DNA of 63,681 nt, filler included, from Nemertoderma westbladi (lineage: Eukaryota; Animalia; Xenacoelomorpha): the NCBI GenBank assembly GCA_032718475.1. It is 3 parts of 3 records of this genome, joined end to end, with 100 filler letters (N's around TTAATTAATTAA, not from the genome) between each part and the next. Parts side by side here need not be neighbours in the genome. Positions count along the whole stretch, not along the records: positions 46,817 to 63,681 come from JAUCBJ010004267.1; 2 more parts are not named here. The stretch is one strand, 5' to 3'. Positions 63,130-63,681 of this stretch are shown one piece after another. Numbering within the stretch: position 1 is the stretch's first letter; each line of letters begins with the position of its first letter. The notes under the pieces are model-generated. The model worked only from the letters and a program-made list of their open reading frames with translations, searched no databases and was not told the DNA's origin. Both the position numbers and the translations under genes were made by a program.

Positions 63130-63681
63130 ACTTTTTGGTCGACCAAAAAGTACTTTTTGGTCGACCAATAAGTCGACTTTTTGGTCGACCAATAAGTCGA
63201 CTTTTTGGTCGACCAAAAAGTCTGGAAGTATTATCCAATAGAAAACATACAACTATTTTCGAGGCAAAATCAAATTACATTAAGTGAATTAGGTGGTTAT
63301 TTAAAACTGTAACACTATCATGATGAAGGATTAATATCCTAGGTACCGGTAGGCCTAGCGATCAATGTGTTTAACAAAGCTTTATGTACACCGGTACAGT
63401 AATTTGATTTTACCTCCAAAATACTGTAGTTATATATATGTTTTCTATTGGATAATACTTCCAGACTTTTTGGTCGACCAAAAAGTACTTTTTGGTCGAC
63501 CAATAAGTCGACTTTTTGGTCGACCAAAAAGTACTTTTTGGTCGACCAAAAAGTACTTTTTGGTCGACCAAAAAGTCTGGAAGTATTATCCAATAGAAAA
63601 CATATATATAACTACAGTATTTTGGAGGTAAAATCAAATTACTGTACCGGTGTACATAAAGCTTTGTTAAACACATTGATC
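63130..63681. repeat. Palindromic 22-bp tandem units and a ~320-bp foldback running to the window end
   Basis: Self-complementary unit ACTTTTTGGTCGACCAAAAAGT; 63360-63500 is the reverse complement of ~63540-63681; a partial copy lies at 63130-63280. Confidence 0.9.

Overview
AT-rich, repeat-dense animal (probably invertebrate) genomic DNA. It is broken by two artificial N-gap linkers (26163-26262, 46717-46816), so contiguity across them is not assured. Host genes: the 3' four exons of a DD3-3-like membrane protein (+), an intronless CSTPP1/C11orf49 homologue (-), the first five coding exons of mitochondrial citrate synthase (-), and an intronless 721-aa divergent TBC-like gene nested on the same strand in citrate synthase intron 3. 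Mobile DNA: an RTE LINE interrupted by two related BEL/Pao LTR elements (one complete with a 5-bp TSD but lacking RT and integrase, one cut by the gap), a solo LTR, further RTE and L2/CR1-type fragments, a decayed hAT transposase, a piggyBac-type non-autonomous element, MITEs and five minisatellite arrays. Top observation: neither BEL/Pao element has a tRNA primer-binding site. In both, the 21-22 nt directly after the 5' LTR pair with a homologous site inside the element's own LTR, with compensatory base changes between the two elements. This suggests tRNA-independent, Tf1-like self-priming in a BEL/Pao lineage.
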